The notes below the pieces were generated by a model. The model made no database searches and had not been told where the DNA came from. It worked only from the letters and a program-made list of their open reading frames with translations. The translations under genes were made by a program, and so were the position numbers. A DNA stretch of 64,000 nt from a virus, in IMG/VR virus record IMGVR_UViG_3300027280_000002, positions 1 to 64,000 of that record; one strand, written 5' to 3'. This document shows, piece by piece, positions 9,797-18,424 of the stretch (its first letter is position 1; every line of letters starts with the position of its first letter).

Positions 9797-9814
9797 CCCT
9801 TTAAATATAAACAA

Positions 9815-10021
9815 ATGGGAAGCATAGACAAACGTCCATTAAAAGCTTTTGTTAGATTCGATGGATCTGGCAGAGTAGTAGCAGGTAGCTTAATCTTACG
9901 TAGGAAAATACCAAAAGTAGGAAACTGGCAAGAAATTGTAGCATACGAGTGTTGCAATCCAACAACTACTACTACTACTACAGCTGCGCCAACAACCACT
10001 ACCACTACTACAGCTGCGTAA
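9815..10021 (+). CDS. 68-aa protein with duplicated C-terminal poly-Thr tag
   Basis: Ends CCNPTTTTTTTAAPTTTTTTTAA*; A-rich start context. Confidence 0.8.
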   Translation: MGSIDKRPLKAFVRFDGSGRVVAGSLILRRKIPKVGNWQEIVAYECCNPTTTTTTTAAPTTTTTTTAA

Positions 10022-10040
10022 ACTAAATTAACCTATATAT

Positions 10041-10067
10041 CTCAAGGATCCAATTAAGGTCCTTGAG
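10041..10067 (+). terminator. Stem-loop after the poly-Thr/glycosyltransferase operon
   Basis: CTCAAGGA-N11-TCCTTGAG inverted repeat; weak U tract. Confidence 0.45.
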
Positions 10068-10085
10068 TTATGTATATATTACACA

Positions 10086-10376
10086 ATGGAGATACAAAGA
10101 AAGTTCTTTCCAGCAATTCTGCTTGAGAATGAAAAAGTATATTTTGCTCATCTAGAAGGTGTGATTGATTCAATTGACGAATACTCTAGTATGCAAATTA
10201 CTAAGAGTAATGACTCATACATATTTAGGCTAGCACCTAGTGTTCCTAAGTACGGAGAGTCTTTATTAAAAGAAATATTAAAGCTGCATAACATCTTTAA
10301 AATTAGACTAGATTTATCTAAAAGCATTAAGTCTTCAGGGACAATAGTTTTCAGAATAAATTTGCATGAAGATTAA
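10086..10376 (+). CDS. Hypothetical protein
   Basis: 96-aa ORF filling the gap on the coding strand. Confidence 0.7.
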   Translation: MEIQRKFFPAILLENEKVYFAHLEGVIDSIDEYSSMQITKSNDSYIFRLAPSVPKYGESLLKEILKLHNIFKIRLDLSKSIKSSGTIVFRINLHED

Positions 10377-10392
10377 AAATAATGTACATTTG
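10361..10392 (+). promoter_or_regulatory. Bacteroidota -33/-7 promoter
   Basis: TTTG (10361)-N20-TACATTTG (10385). Confidence 0.7.
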
Positions 10393-10422
10393 TAGCTATA
10401 ATAACTTTTAAAACTAAATAAA

Positions 10423-10683
10423 ATGGCAGATTACAATCCTAACAGCAGGTACACTTGGAAACCTGAAGACAAATTTCAAATAACTGGACAACAGTTCGGT
10501 TTAATATTAAACATGGTCAGATCTTATCTGGGAACAGAAGAGGCTGGTAAATTCATGTTAATGCAACAAACTAATGATGTTATTGAAAGCATTATGAAAG
10601 ACGGTGTTAAAGAAGGTGTAATTATAGAGGCACTAGAAGAAGAAACACCAGCACCTGTTCCTGCATTGGAAGCAGTAAAATAA
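10423..10683 (+). CDS. Hypothetical protein
   Basis: 86-aa ORF with A-rich start, downstream of a promoter. Confidence 0.75.
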   Translation: MADYNPNSRYTWKPEDKFQITGQQFGLILNMVRSYLGTEEAGKFMLMQQTNDVIESIMKDGVKEGVIIEALEEETPAPVPALEAVK

Positions 10684-10707
10684 AAAACAATCAAAACTTA
10701 AGAACTT

Positions 10708-10890
10708 ATGCCTGTAAAAAAAGCTAAGGGAGGGAAGAAAATGATTAAACGTAAGGATGGATCCTATAGCAAAAGAGGGCTATGGGATAACATCCGTGCG
10801 AATAAAGGTAGTGGTAAAAAGCCCACTAAAGCTATGTTAAAGCAAGAAAAAAAGATTAAAGCTAAGAGTAAGAGGGGCAAGAGAAAATAA
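10708..10890 (+). CDS. Small Lys-rich basic protein
   Basis: 60 aa, very K-rich, GLWDNIRA motif. Confidence 0.75.
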   Translation: MPVKKAKGGKKMIKRKDGSYSKRGLWDNIRANKGSGKKPTKAMLKQEKKIKAKSKRGKRK

Positions 10891-10893
10891 ATT

Positions 10894-11028
10894 ATGAAAG
10901 ATAATAATTATTGTACTACAACAGCCTCACAATGTTCATGTGGACAAAGTCAAGATCCCAATGGTTACTGTGATGGTTCTCACCTACAAGTAAACACTGT
11001 TGAGCATGCCCACATTAAAAAAAGCTAA
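10894..11028 (+). CDS. 44-aa CDGSH-type iron-sulfur mini-protein (not in ORF track)
   Basis: Manual translation: MKDNNYCTTTASQCSCGQSQDPNGYCDGSHLQVNTVEHAHIKKS*. Confidence 0.75.
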   Translation: MKDNNYCTTTASQCSCGQSQDPNGYCDGSHLQVNTVEHAHIKKS

Positions 11029-11191
11029 AAAAGGCACTAAGAGTAAAAACTGGATACAAGGTGTAAATAAGTCTATCAAGAAAAGAGGGACTAAAGGAAA
11101 ATGCACACCAATCACTAAGAAAGGTTGTACCGGTAAAGCTAAAGCTCTTGCAAAGACATTTAAAAAAATGGCTAAAGGTCGCAAGAAATAA
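11006..11191 (+). CDS. Small Lys-rich basic protein
   Basis: MPTLKKAKK...NWIQ...KALAKTFKKM; ATG at 11006. Confidence 0.75.
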   Translation: MPTLKKAKKGTKSKNWIQGVNKSIKKRGTKGKCTPITKKGCTGKAKALAKTFKKMAKGRKK

Positions 11192-11193
11192 TT

Positions 11194-11490
11194 ATGGCTA
11201 GAAAGAAAACAAAAGCAATTCGTAAGACCACTGGTAAAGGTGGTAACTATAGAAAGACTAAGTCTGGTGCTGGTATGACTAAAAAAGGAGTCAAGGCATA
11301 CAGGAAGGCTAATCCTGGCAGTAAACTCAAGACTGCAGTAACAGGAAAAGTTAAAAAGGGAAGCAAGTCAGCAAAAAGACGTAAGTCTTATTGTGCAAGA
11401 AGTTTGGGACAGTTGAAGAAAAGTTCTGCAAAGACTAAAAATGATCCTAATTCTAGAATAAGACAAGCTAGAAGAAGGTGGAAATGTTAA
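11194..11490 (+). CDS. Small basic protein (DUF6321-like)
   Basis: GMTKKGVKAYRKANPGSKLK, RRKSYCARS, DPNSRIRQARRRWKC. Confidence 0.75.
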   Translation: MARKKTKAIRKTTGKGGNYRKTKSGAGMTKKGVKAYRKANPGSKLKTAVTGKVKKGSKSAKRRKSYCARSLGQLKKSSAKTKNDPNSRIRQARRRWKC

Positions 11491-11508
11491 CACTCAAATT
11501 ATATAATT

Positions 11509-11796
11509 ATGATGCGTAAATACAAATCAGGCGGAGCTAAAAAAGCAAAGTCTGGAACTAAAGTAAAAATGGCTAAGTCTGGAACAAAAGCTAAAAAGAT
11601 GGGGTATGGTGGCAAAGCTGCTTCTATGACTCCTCCTAAATCTAAAATGAAGGCTAAGTCTGGTTCTACTCTTAAAAAGGCACCAGCAGGTTCAAAAGGA
11701 AAGGGAATGAGATCTCTTCCTAAAGCTGTTCGTAATAAGATAGGGTTTGCTAAGAAAGGTAGTAAGACACGTAAGTGTAAGTCAGGTTGTAAGTAA
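11509..11796 (+). CDS. Histone H1-like Lys/Ala/Gly-rich basic protein
   Basis: Repeated AKSG units; no acidic residues. Confidence 0.75.
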   Translation: MMRKYKSGGAKKAKSGTKVKMAKSGTKAKKMGYGGKAASMTPPKSKMKAKSGSTLKKAPAGSKGKGMRSLPKAVRNKIGFAKKGSKTRKCKSGCK

Positions 11797-11798
11797 TA

Positions 11799-11912
11799 TC
11801 ACATACAAAACATGAACTTGTAAAGACTGTTCCATATTACATACGTAATAAGTAACAGCAACATGCACACAGACAATCTTAACATTTCATCTTTTGGATT
11901 TTCTGGACTCAT
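11799..11912 (-). CDS. Small membrane peptide (37 aa)
   Basis: MSPENPKDEMLRLSVCMLLLLITYVIWNSLYKFMFCM*; ATGA-coupled to the upstream ORF. Confidence 0.45.
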   Translation of the reverse strand: MSPENPKDEMLRLSVCMLLLLITYVIWNSLYKFMFCM

Positions 11913-12058
11913 ACTTTCATAACATTTTTATAAGCTTCTTCATAAACACTTTGTAGAGGCTTATTAGGATGCTCGTTTCTAATTCTAGTTACTTCTCTAA
12001 ACAAAGAACTTCTTTGTCCGTGCTCTTCAGCACCATATACAATATCTTCTATACTCAT
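11909..12058 (-). CDS. Hypothetical protein (49 aa)
   Basis: MSIEDIVYGAEEHGQR...; starts 3 nt after the stop of the GT2 gene. Confidence 0.6.
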   Translation of the reverse strand: MSIEDIVYGAEEHGQRSSLFREVTRIRNEHPNKPLQSVYEEAYKNVMKV

Positions 12059-12061
12059 ATA

Positions 12062-12706
12062 CTATTTTTTTAATAATCTTCTTTTCCAAGTTGATACGTT
12101 AGACGCATGTTCTAAATAATACTTCCACTCTTCAGGTATACAACAATCATCTATATACCAAGGTCTGTGCTGTATACAATAAGGTCTGTCTAATCTTATT
12201 GCATCATAAGAAAATGGCATATTAGCTCTATATAATGCAAATGTAGTATCTACATGAGCATCCCATCCCAAATCAATTTTATTCTCCCAGTACTTAGCCT
12301 CATGTGCATATGATTGTTTACCTATATCTGTATTGGGTAAGTCTTCTATTTCTAATGAGAACCCTATTTTAGGGGAACCTGGTTGGTTTATAGCATGTAA
12401 CATTACATCTAACCAATCATCAGGAACATTATCATATATACAATCTGTATCCGCTACAATAAAATAACCTTTACGTAAATGTTTATACTTAGAAGCCCAT
12501 GCTGAGTAAGGACCCTCATTCTTTGCATAGTGAATTTCTTCAGTAATTGTTTTATAAAATTCTAACAATGGAGGATAGGTAGATTCTTGATCAAGTATAT
12601 GAATCTCTACTCTAGGCTCTTTTCTTAAGAACTCTAATGTATTTTTAAGAGTAGTCAAAAGATTCCTATTAATTAGTAGTGCCTTTATTTTGCTAGTTGT
12701 GTACAA
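12062..12706 (-). CDS. GT2-like glycosyltransferase
   Basis: IHILDQESTYPPL, FIVADTD (DxD), AHVDTTFALY. Confidence 0.75.
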   Translation of the reverse strand: MYTTSKIKALLINRNLLTTLKNTLEFLRKEPRVEIHILDQESTYPPLLEFYKTITEEIHYAKNEGPYSAWASKYKHLRKGYFIVADTDCIYDNVPDDWLDVMLHAINQPGSPKIGFSLEIEDLPNTDIGKQSYAHEAKYWENKIDLGWDAHVDTTFALYRANMPFSYDAIRLDRPYCIQHRPWYIDDCCIPEEWKYYLEHASNVSTWKRRLLKK

Positions 12707-13265
12707 ATAAAACTTTATTTATTTTAAACATTTCTTTTTCTGTAAACTTCTTTTTAAACTGTTCTACAAACCAACCGTCAGCATCATATTTTACTCCAAG
12801 ATCTATTTGCTGAGCTAAGTCTCTTCTAGTAGCAAAAGCTCCCATATCTATTTGATTAGTGTGAGGGTGACATTTAAAGTATTCATAATTATAATGAGAG
12901 TGTACCATATCCCAATAAATAAACCCAGGAGAGTTAGCTGTTGCTGTTCGTAATTCAGCAACAAAGTTTGGTGTATAGTAGTTATCATCTCCAGTCATTA
13001 TTATATATTGAGCATCTGACATTTGTTTACCACGCTCTCTTAATGTATGTCCCCAATCATTATACCGCTTATCCATAAAGGTGCAATATATTCTAGGGTC
13101 ATTGAAACTCTTTACTATATCAGATATTCTTTCACTTTCTGTATCATCTATAACCACATGAGCGCTCCAGTCAGCATCTGTTTGAGCTGTAAGAGAAGTT
13201 AGCATGCAGATTAAAGGCTCATGCCTATTATATGTAGGAATAATAAACTCAACTAGAGCTGACAT
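12693..13265 (-). CDS. GT2 glycosyltransferase
   Basis: FIIPTYNR, VVIDD, MTGDDNYY, ADGWF. Confidence 0.85.
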   Translation of the reverse strand: MSALVEFIIPTYNRHEPLICMLTSLTAQTDADWSAHVVIDDTESERISDIVKSFNDPRIYCTFMDKRYNDWGHTLRERGKQMSDAQYIIMTGDDNYYTPNFVAELRTATANSPGFIYWDMVHSHYNYEYFKCHPHTNQIDMGAFATRRDLAQQIDLGVKYDADGWFVEQFKKKFTEKEMFKINKVLFVHN

Positions 13266-14055
13266 AATCTTTTAGCATTTGTTTATAATCCTGTTTCCAT
13301 GAAGGCACTAAATGTACATCACCTGTAGGTATCTTACCAGCTTTACGCTGTGATTCTACATGAGCACTATGACGTTTAATGATATCAGGTCTTGATCCAT
13401 CATCTGTACCCATACCGGATTGATGATAACCTCTACCTCCCCACATATAAAACCACGAAGCTTCACTGTCCGGCATCTTAACATCTACTTTACCACCTAA
13501 AGCATGGATTCTATTAGTTAAGGTCATGTCACCTCCTGCGTTCTCTAGAGGACTTTTACCTATTCTTTCCCATACATCTTTACTATATACAATACCAGAG
13601 TTACCTACACCACTTATAGCTGTAATAGATGGCTCATTGTAGAACACACCTGTTTCCCAGTGAATAATATTAGTATCCTTCTTCCAGTGTCTAGCTACGT
13701 TGTTTAGATGATTAGGTAAGGCCACATCATCATCATCCCATACAGCAATAAGCTCCCCTTTGCATCTTTCAATAGCATAGTTCTCTTTCTCACCTATAAG
13801 AGAAAAAGTTTCATCAAGATTATATATTGTGACTTGTGGATGAGGATAGTGTAACTTCTGAAGAGGGTAATCATTGACTATTATTAGCTCGCACTTATCT
13901 TTTGGATAGTCTTGAATAAGGAAACTATGTAAAGATTCTACTAATAAATCTGTTCTTCCATAAGTTATACACTTACAAGAAATAAAAGGCAACTCTTTGT
14001 TTTCTATAACATGAGCTGCCTCTGTTCCTGATATTATTTCATAACTCATTACCAA
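13249..14055 (-). CDS. GT2 glycosyltransferase
   Basis: ISCKCITYGR, SFLIQDYP, ELIIVND, AVWDDDD. Confidence 0.85.
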   Translation of the reverse strand: MVMSYEIISGTEAAHVIENKELPFISCKCITYGRTDLLVESLHSFLIQDYPKDKCELIIVNDYPLQKLHYPHPQVTIYNLDETFSLIGEKENYAIERCKGELIAVWDDDDVALPNHLNNVARHWKKDTNIIHWETGVFYNEPSITAISGVGNSGIVYSKDVWERIGKSPLENAGGDMTLTNRIHALGGKVDVKMPDSEASWFYMWGGRGYHQSGMGTDDGSRPDIIKRHSAHVESQRKAGKIPTGDVHLVPSWKQDYKQMLKDYVSSS

Positions 14056-14342
14056 ACATGGATAATGTCAAATGGAGAAAGAAGTAAAACTTCTTGATCA
14101 TCTGTAAGGGGAATTAAGAGTGCGTCTTTTAATTTCCCTGGGTCTACTAACACTTCGTCACCTTCTTTGAATGTTGTTACTAGATCTCCAACATCATAAA
14201 CTTTTAGTCTAGACATTTTCTTTAACATTTCTCTTTGTAGAGCTTCTTTAGTGTTAGCATCTACTTCAAGTTTACTTTTCTTTCTTTCAGGTACTTCTAC
14301 GTATACACGGTTGCCTAAAAGTTTGCTGTATGGTTTTTTCAT
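14049..14342 (-). CDS. groES: GroES-like co-chaperonin
   Basis: LLGNRVYVE...VYDVGDLV...KEGDEVLV...DII pattern; 97 aa. Confidence 0.6.
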   Translation of the reverse strand: MKKPYSKLLGNRVYVEVPERKKSKLEVDANTKEALQREMLKKMSRLKVYDVGDLVTTFKEGDEVLVDPGKLKDALLIPLTDDQEVLLLSPFDIIHVW

Positions 14343-14638
14343 AATTCTATATTTGTTAGTTTTTCAAATCTTATTTTATCGTCACCACTTAGATAAGCTT
14401 CTGTTTGAAACACTTCAACTTTCTTTTTTGTACCAATTACTTTATTGGTTTTGGTGTTAATGTTAGGCACTTCTGTAACACGCTCATGCATGTCATCTAA
14501 GAGCACTACACGCATATCAGATGATGTTTGTACACTTCTGATTACTTTATTTAAGTTAATGCTATCGGTGAACTCTGCATATTCTACAGGTTCTGTATCC
14601 TCAATAGCTTCTTTTCTTGTGTAAAAAAATTGATTCAT
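14339..14638 (-). CDS. Hypothetical protein
   Basis: 99-aa ORF overlapping the downstream gene by 4 nt. Confidence 0.7.
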   Translation of the reverse strand: MNQFFYTRKEAIEDTEPVEYAEFTDSINLNKVIRSVQTSSDMRVVLLDDMHERVTEVPNINTKTNKVIGTKKKVEVFQTEAYLSGDDKIRFEKLTNIEL

Positions 14639-14650
14639 TATTTTTGGTTT

Positions 14651-14896
14651 TTAATTAGATAATTTATTTAATATTTCATCGTATTGACTTTTAGACATTA
14701 GACCTACTTGTCGATGTTCTTCTTTACCGTCTTTTTTAAAGACAATAGTAGGAACACTTCTAACTTTATTCTCTCTTGCTATTTCCATCTCTTTATCTAT
14801 ATCTACATTTGTAATACCCTCTACGTCTTCTAATACTTTAGACAACATTTTACAAGGCCCACACCAAGTGGCGCTAAATTTTAATACTTCAATCAT
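14651..14896 (-). CDS. trxA: Thioredoxin
   Basis: FSATWCGPCK, VRSVPT. Confidence 0.93.
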   Translation of the reverse strand: MIEVLKFSATWCGPCKMLSKVLEDVEGITNVDIDKEMEIARENKVRSVPTIVFKKDGKEEHRQVGLMSKSQYDEILNKLSN

Positions 14897-15312
14897 AAGA
14901 GATTATGTTTTTTTAATAAGTGGTTACGTCTTTTATTAATTTCATCATACTTGTAGATATCACTCTCTACATTAGCATGTTCGTCAACTGTCAAAAGTAT
15001 AATATTTTCCTCATCCATCCTAATATCAGGATATTTATTTTTAGGTAATATGTGATGAAAATAAATACTAAGTGCTTCAGATCCTAAATAGTCATTACTT
15101 AATTCAGAATTATGTGGTCTTTCCTTCCATATTTTTTTAAAGAATAAATGGTCTTCATTAGGAGAAGACTCCCCCTTAGATTTATGTGATCTAAGGGTTC
15201 GTTTAGGCCTATTTGCTGCATGAGTAGTGGCTTGTACAGCTAGCGGCTTTCTTCTCTTATGTTGAAAACAATATTCAGATTCTGAATTCTTTCCACAGAT
15301 TATACATTTCAC
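14893..15312 (-). CDS. Zn-finger / HNH-like protein
   Basis: CIICG...YCFQH N-terminus; FHHILPK...NIILLT..EH. Confidence 0.55.
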   Translation of the reverse strand: MKCIICGKNSESEYCFQHKRRKPLAVQATTHAANRPKRTLRSHKSKGESSPNEDHLFFKKIWKERPHNSELSNDYLGSEALSIYFHHILPKNKYPDIRMDEENIILLTVDEHANVESDIYKYDEINKRRNHLLKKHNLL

Positions 15313-16478
15313 AGTTCGGATGTATCAAATAAATCTGGAGATAATGTTTTAGGACCAACAACTTCCATAGATTTTGCTTTATTATAATGAATACCATCAT
15401 TACCGTTCTGACCTATTACATTCATTCTTTCGTCATTTTCTATAATTTCTAAAGGAGCAACTTCTTCATTTGAGTCTTCTGTACCTTTAATTGCATTTAT
15501 AATCTTATTCTTAAGACTATCGTAAAACTCTCGATCGTTACGAACCATATCTTTAAATTCTTCAAGATCATGCTTAACACCATCAACTGTCATAGTTTTA
15601 CCATACTTTCTACCTAACTCATAGTCATTAAGTAATTGCATCATTTCTCCTACTTTGTCGATACCTACACCATATAGAACTTCAAAGTCTGATAATACAT
15701 AAGGAGGATTCATTTTATTCTTTATGGCTCTCACTTTAGTAATATTACCATACACTTCTCCAGCTTCTTTAGCTAATGACCTACTAACTTCTATTCTTAC
15801 ATCAGAATAAAACTTTAGTGCATGTCCACCTTGTGTAGTTGTAGGGTTACCAAACATAACACCTATCTTCTCTCGGTATTGAGATACTACTATAACACAT
15901 GTCTTAGTATTATGTGCCATAGATTTAATCTTAGGATATGCACTACTGTTAAGTCGTGCTTTCTTACCTATTGCATGCTCACCAACAGCACCATCTAATA
16001 CTGCTTTAGGTATAAGTGATGAATCAGAATCTATAATGATTAGATCTACATCACCTGTTTGCATTAACTCTACTGCAATGTTGAAACCCTCTTCACCGCA
16101 AGAAGGTTGTGCAATCATCATAGTGTTAGTATCCACACCTAATGAATTAAAGTAATTTGTATCAACAGCATGTTCACCGTCAATATATACCACTTTACCT
16201 CCTTTAGATTGGCAACTAGCTACAGCATGTCCACATATAGTAGACTTACCTGTACCTTCCCAACCCATGAGTTCATACATTTTACCTTTTACAAATCCTC
16301 CTACGCCCAATGTTCTCCAGTCAAAACCTATTGATCCTGTACTAATTGCATCGTACGTCCCTTCAGACTTACTTCCTAATGACAATACAGTACCTTTACC
16401 GTATTGCTTGTTTAATCTTTCTAATGCATCCTCGAATGAGTTTGCACCATCTGTCGCTTTTGTGACTTTTTTTGCCAT
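15309..16478 (-). CDS. recA: RecA recombinase
   Basis: ISTGS, GWEGTGKST (Walker A), YIDGEHA, GNPTTTQGGHALKFYSDVR, KNKMNPPY. Confidence 0.95.
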   Translation of the reverse strand: MAKKVTKATDGANSFEDALERLNKQYGKGTVLSLGSKSEGTYDAISTGSIGFDWRTLGVGGFVKGKMYELMGWEGTGKSTICGHAVASCQSKGGKVVYIDGEHAVDTNYFNSLGVDTNTMMIAQPSCGEEGFNIAVELMQTGDVDLIIIDSDSSLIPKAVLDGAVGEHAIGKKARLNSSAYPKIKSMAHNTKTCVIVVSQYREKIGVMFGNPTTTQGGHALKFYSDVRIEVSRSLAKEAGEVYGNITKVRAIKNKMNPPYVLSDFEVLYGVGIDKVGEMMQLLNDYELGRKYGKTMTVDGVKHDLEEFKDMVRNDREFYDSLKNKIINAIKGTEDSNEEVAPLEIIENDERMNVIGQNGNDGIHYNKAKSMEVVGPKTLSPDLFDTSEL

Positions 16479-16535
16479 ATTTAATTGTTTAATTGTTATG
16501 TGTAAATATACGAAATTTATGTTAAATTATTGACG

Positions 16536-16563
16536 AAAAAAGCCCTGGATTTCTCCAAGGCTT
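16536..16563 (-). terminator. Rho-independent terminator downstream of the RNR genes
   Basis: Minus strand AAGCCTTGGA-GAAA-TCCAGGGC-TTTTTT. Confidence 0.75.
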
Positions 16564-16759
16564 ATCTCAACAATTAAAAAACAGAACAGAAAATACTTAA
16601 TTCAAATAATCAGAAAACCACAACAGGGTCCTCCTTTCATTAAGGGTTGTTTGTGTGTAAAGTGGACCCTTCCACCTCTTTTCATGTCAAATATAGGAAT
16701 ACTATCTGACAGTACACAAACTATTCTAACATTATTGATTATTTTTTTAACTAAGTTAA

Positions 16760-18385
16760 TTATCCTTCACAACTCGAACATTCTAAAATGTTACGTGCAA
16801 AGTCCTGAGCGCTGCTTTTACTAAACTGATAATATAGTGTTTTTACTCCTTCTTCATGAGCATAGATATATAGTTTGTTTATATCCTTAGCTGATACTGA
16901 TGGGTCAATCATTAGGTTTAATGACTGTGATTGATCAATATATTTTTGTCTTTGTGCTGCCTGTAATACAATTTCTTTAGGAGATATTTCTACAAAAGAC
17001 TTAAAGACAGCTTGAGTTGGAAAACCTAAATGCTGTACACTTCCGTCTTTCTTAAGAATAGACTTCCATATTTTATCAGTATTCATTCCATACTTTTCTA
17101 ATTCAGCTTCTAAATAAGGATTCTTATACACAGTCTTAGACTTAGCAAGATCCTTAATAAAGTAATTAGACTTAATAGGCTCTATACCCATAGATACTTG
17201 ACCAAGTATAAACGAACTAGACTTAGTAGGAGCTATAGCTATAAGTGTTGTATTAGCATAACCTCCTCTAAGAGATCTATAACCGTATTCTTTATGTAAC
17301 TTTCTTGAAGCTATTTCACTCCTGTCTTTTATAGTACTAAAAATCTGAGCATTTAAACCTTTAGCTTCAATTGAGTCAAACTCAATAAGCTTAGATTGAA
17401 ATAACGAATGATATCCAAGAACGCCTAGACCAATAGCTCTGTGTTCTTTTGCAAAGTTATTAGCTCTTTTCATACCTGGCATTGTTTCAGACTTAACAAT
17501 AAACTCATCCATCACTGCATTAAGAAAGTATACATATGTTTGTATAGCATCTGTTTCTCTAATCTCATCCCAGTGTAATACATTTATAGAACCTAAGCAA
17601 CATACAAACGAATTATAGCTATCAGTAGGTAATTGTATTTCAGAACAAAGATTAGATGCTGTAATTTCCATACCTAACTCTTTATAAGGAGAATTATTGT
17701 TAGAGTTATCTTTAAACATTATGTATGGAAAACCAATTTCACTTCTGTTCTGAATAACCTTAGCCCAAACTTTACGTTTAGCTTTGTCTCCTTCCTTCAT
17801 TTCTTTCATCCAAACATCACTAACTGTGACACCATATTGAAGATTCTGAATAGGATTACCGTCTGTTCCAATATCTAAGAACTCTAAGATGTCATCATGT
17901 TCTACAGGTAAGTAAACTGCACATGCTCCACGCCTTGCTTCAGACTGCTTACATACATCTACTACAGTGTCATATATCTTAGCATAGTGCACTGGTCCAT
18001 CTGCAAAGCCTCCAGTTGAAATTTCTGTACCTCTAGGTCTAATGTTACCCAAGTAAGCAGAGGTCCCACCTCCGTACTTAGACATCATACCTATCTCACG
18101 GCCTGCGTTTAGTATACTATCTAAATTATCATCTATATTAGATCCATAACAACTAATAGGCAGACCTTTTGCTTTACCAAAGTTAATCCACACTGGCGTT
18201 GATAAAGAGTAATACCCTTTGGCCATATAGTTCTCAAACTTTTCTGCAAAGCCTTTCATGTTCAAATACTTTTCTGCTTTAATAGAAATGTCTTTGATTC
18301 TTTGTTCAGGGGTTTCTGTAATATACCCTCTTGATAAAAATGTACGGCTGTCCTCATTCAGCCAGTAGTATTTATTATATTCCAT
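16760..18385 (-). CDS. nrdA: Ribonucleotide reductase class I, alpha subunit (compact, no ATP cone)
   Basis: LPISCY, GGGTS, RRGA, SNLCSEI, IAPTKSSS, DQSQSLN, KTLYY, C-terminal CSSCEG. Confidence 0.95.
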   Translation of the reverse strand: MEYNKYYWLNEDSRTFLSRGYITETPEQRIKDISIKAEKYLNMKGFAEKFENYMAKGYYSLSTPVWINFGKAKGLPISCYGSNIDDNLDSILNAGREIGMMSKYGGGTSAYLGNIRPRGTEISTGGFADGPVHYAKIYDTVVDVCKQSEARRGACAVYLPVEHDDILEFLDIGTDGNPIQNLQYGVTVSDVWMKEMKEGDKAKRKVWAKVIQNRSEIGFPYIMFKDNSNNNSPYKELGMEITASNLCSEIQLPTDSYNSFVCCLGSINVLHWDEIRETDAIQTYVYFLNAVMDEFIVKSETMPGMKRANNFAKEHRAIGLGVLGYHSLFQSKLIEFDSIEAKGLNAQIFSTIKDRSEIASRKLHKEYGYRSLRGGYANTTLIAIAPTKSSSFILGQVSMGIEPIKSNYFIKDLAKSKTVYKNPYLEAELEKYGMNTDKIWKSILKKDGSVQHLGFPTQAVFKSFVEISPKEIVLQAAQRQKYIDQSQSLNLMIDPSVSAKDINKLYIYAHEEGVKTLYYQFSKSSAQDFARNILECSSCEG

Positions 18386-18424
18386 TGGTTTTGTTTTTCA
18401 AAATTTTATTTTGTTTTTCATAAT

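Noticed and set aside
12062-14055. Glycosyltransferases as a DNA hypermodification pathway
   Set aside because: Disfavoured rather than excluded. No hydroxymethylase, thymidylate-synthase-like, TET/JBP or 7-deazaguanine genes are visible, while protein-directed GT families and Thr-rich acceptors are present.
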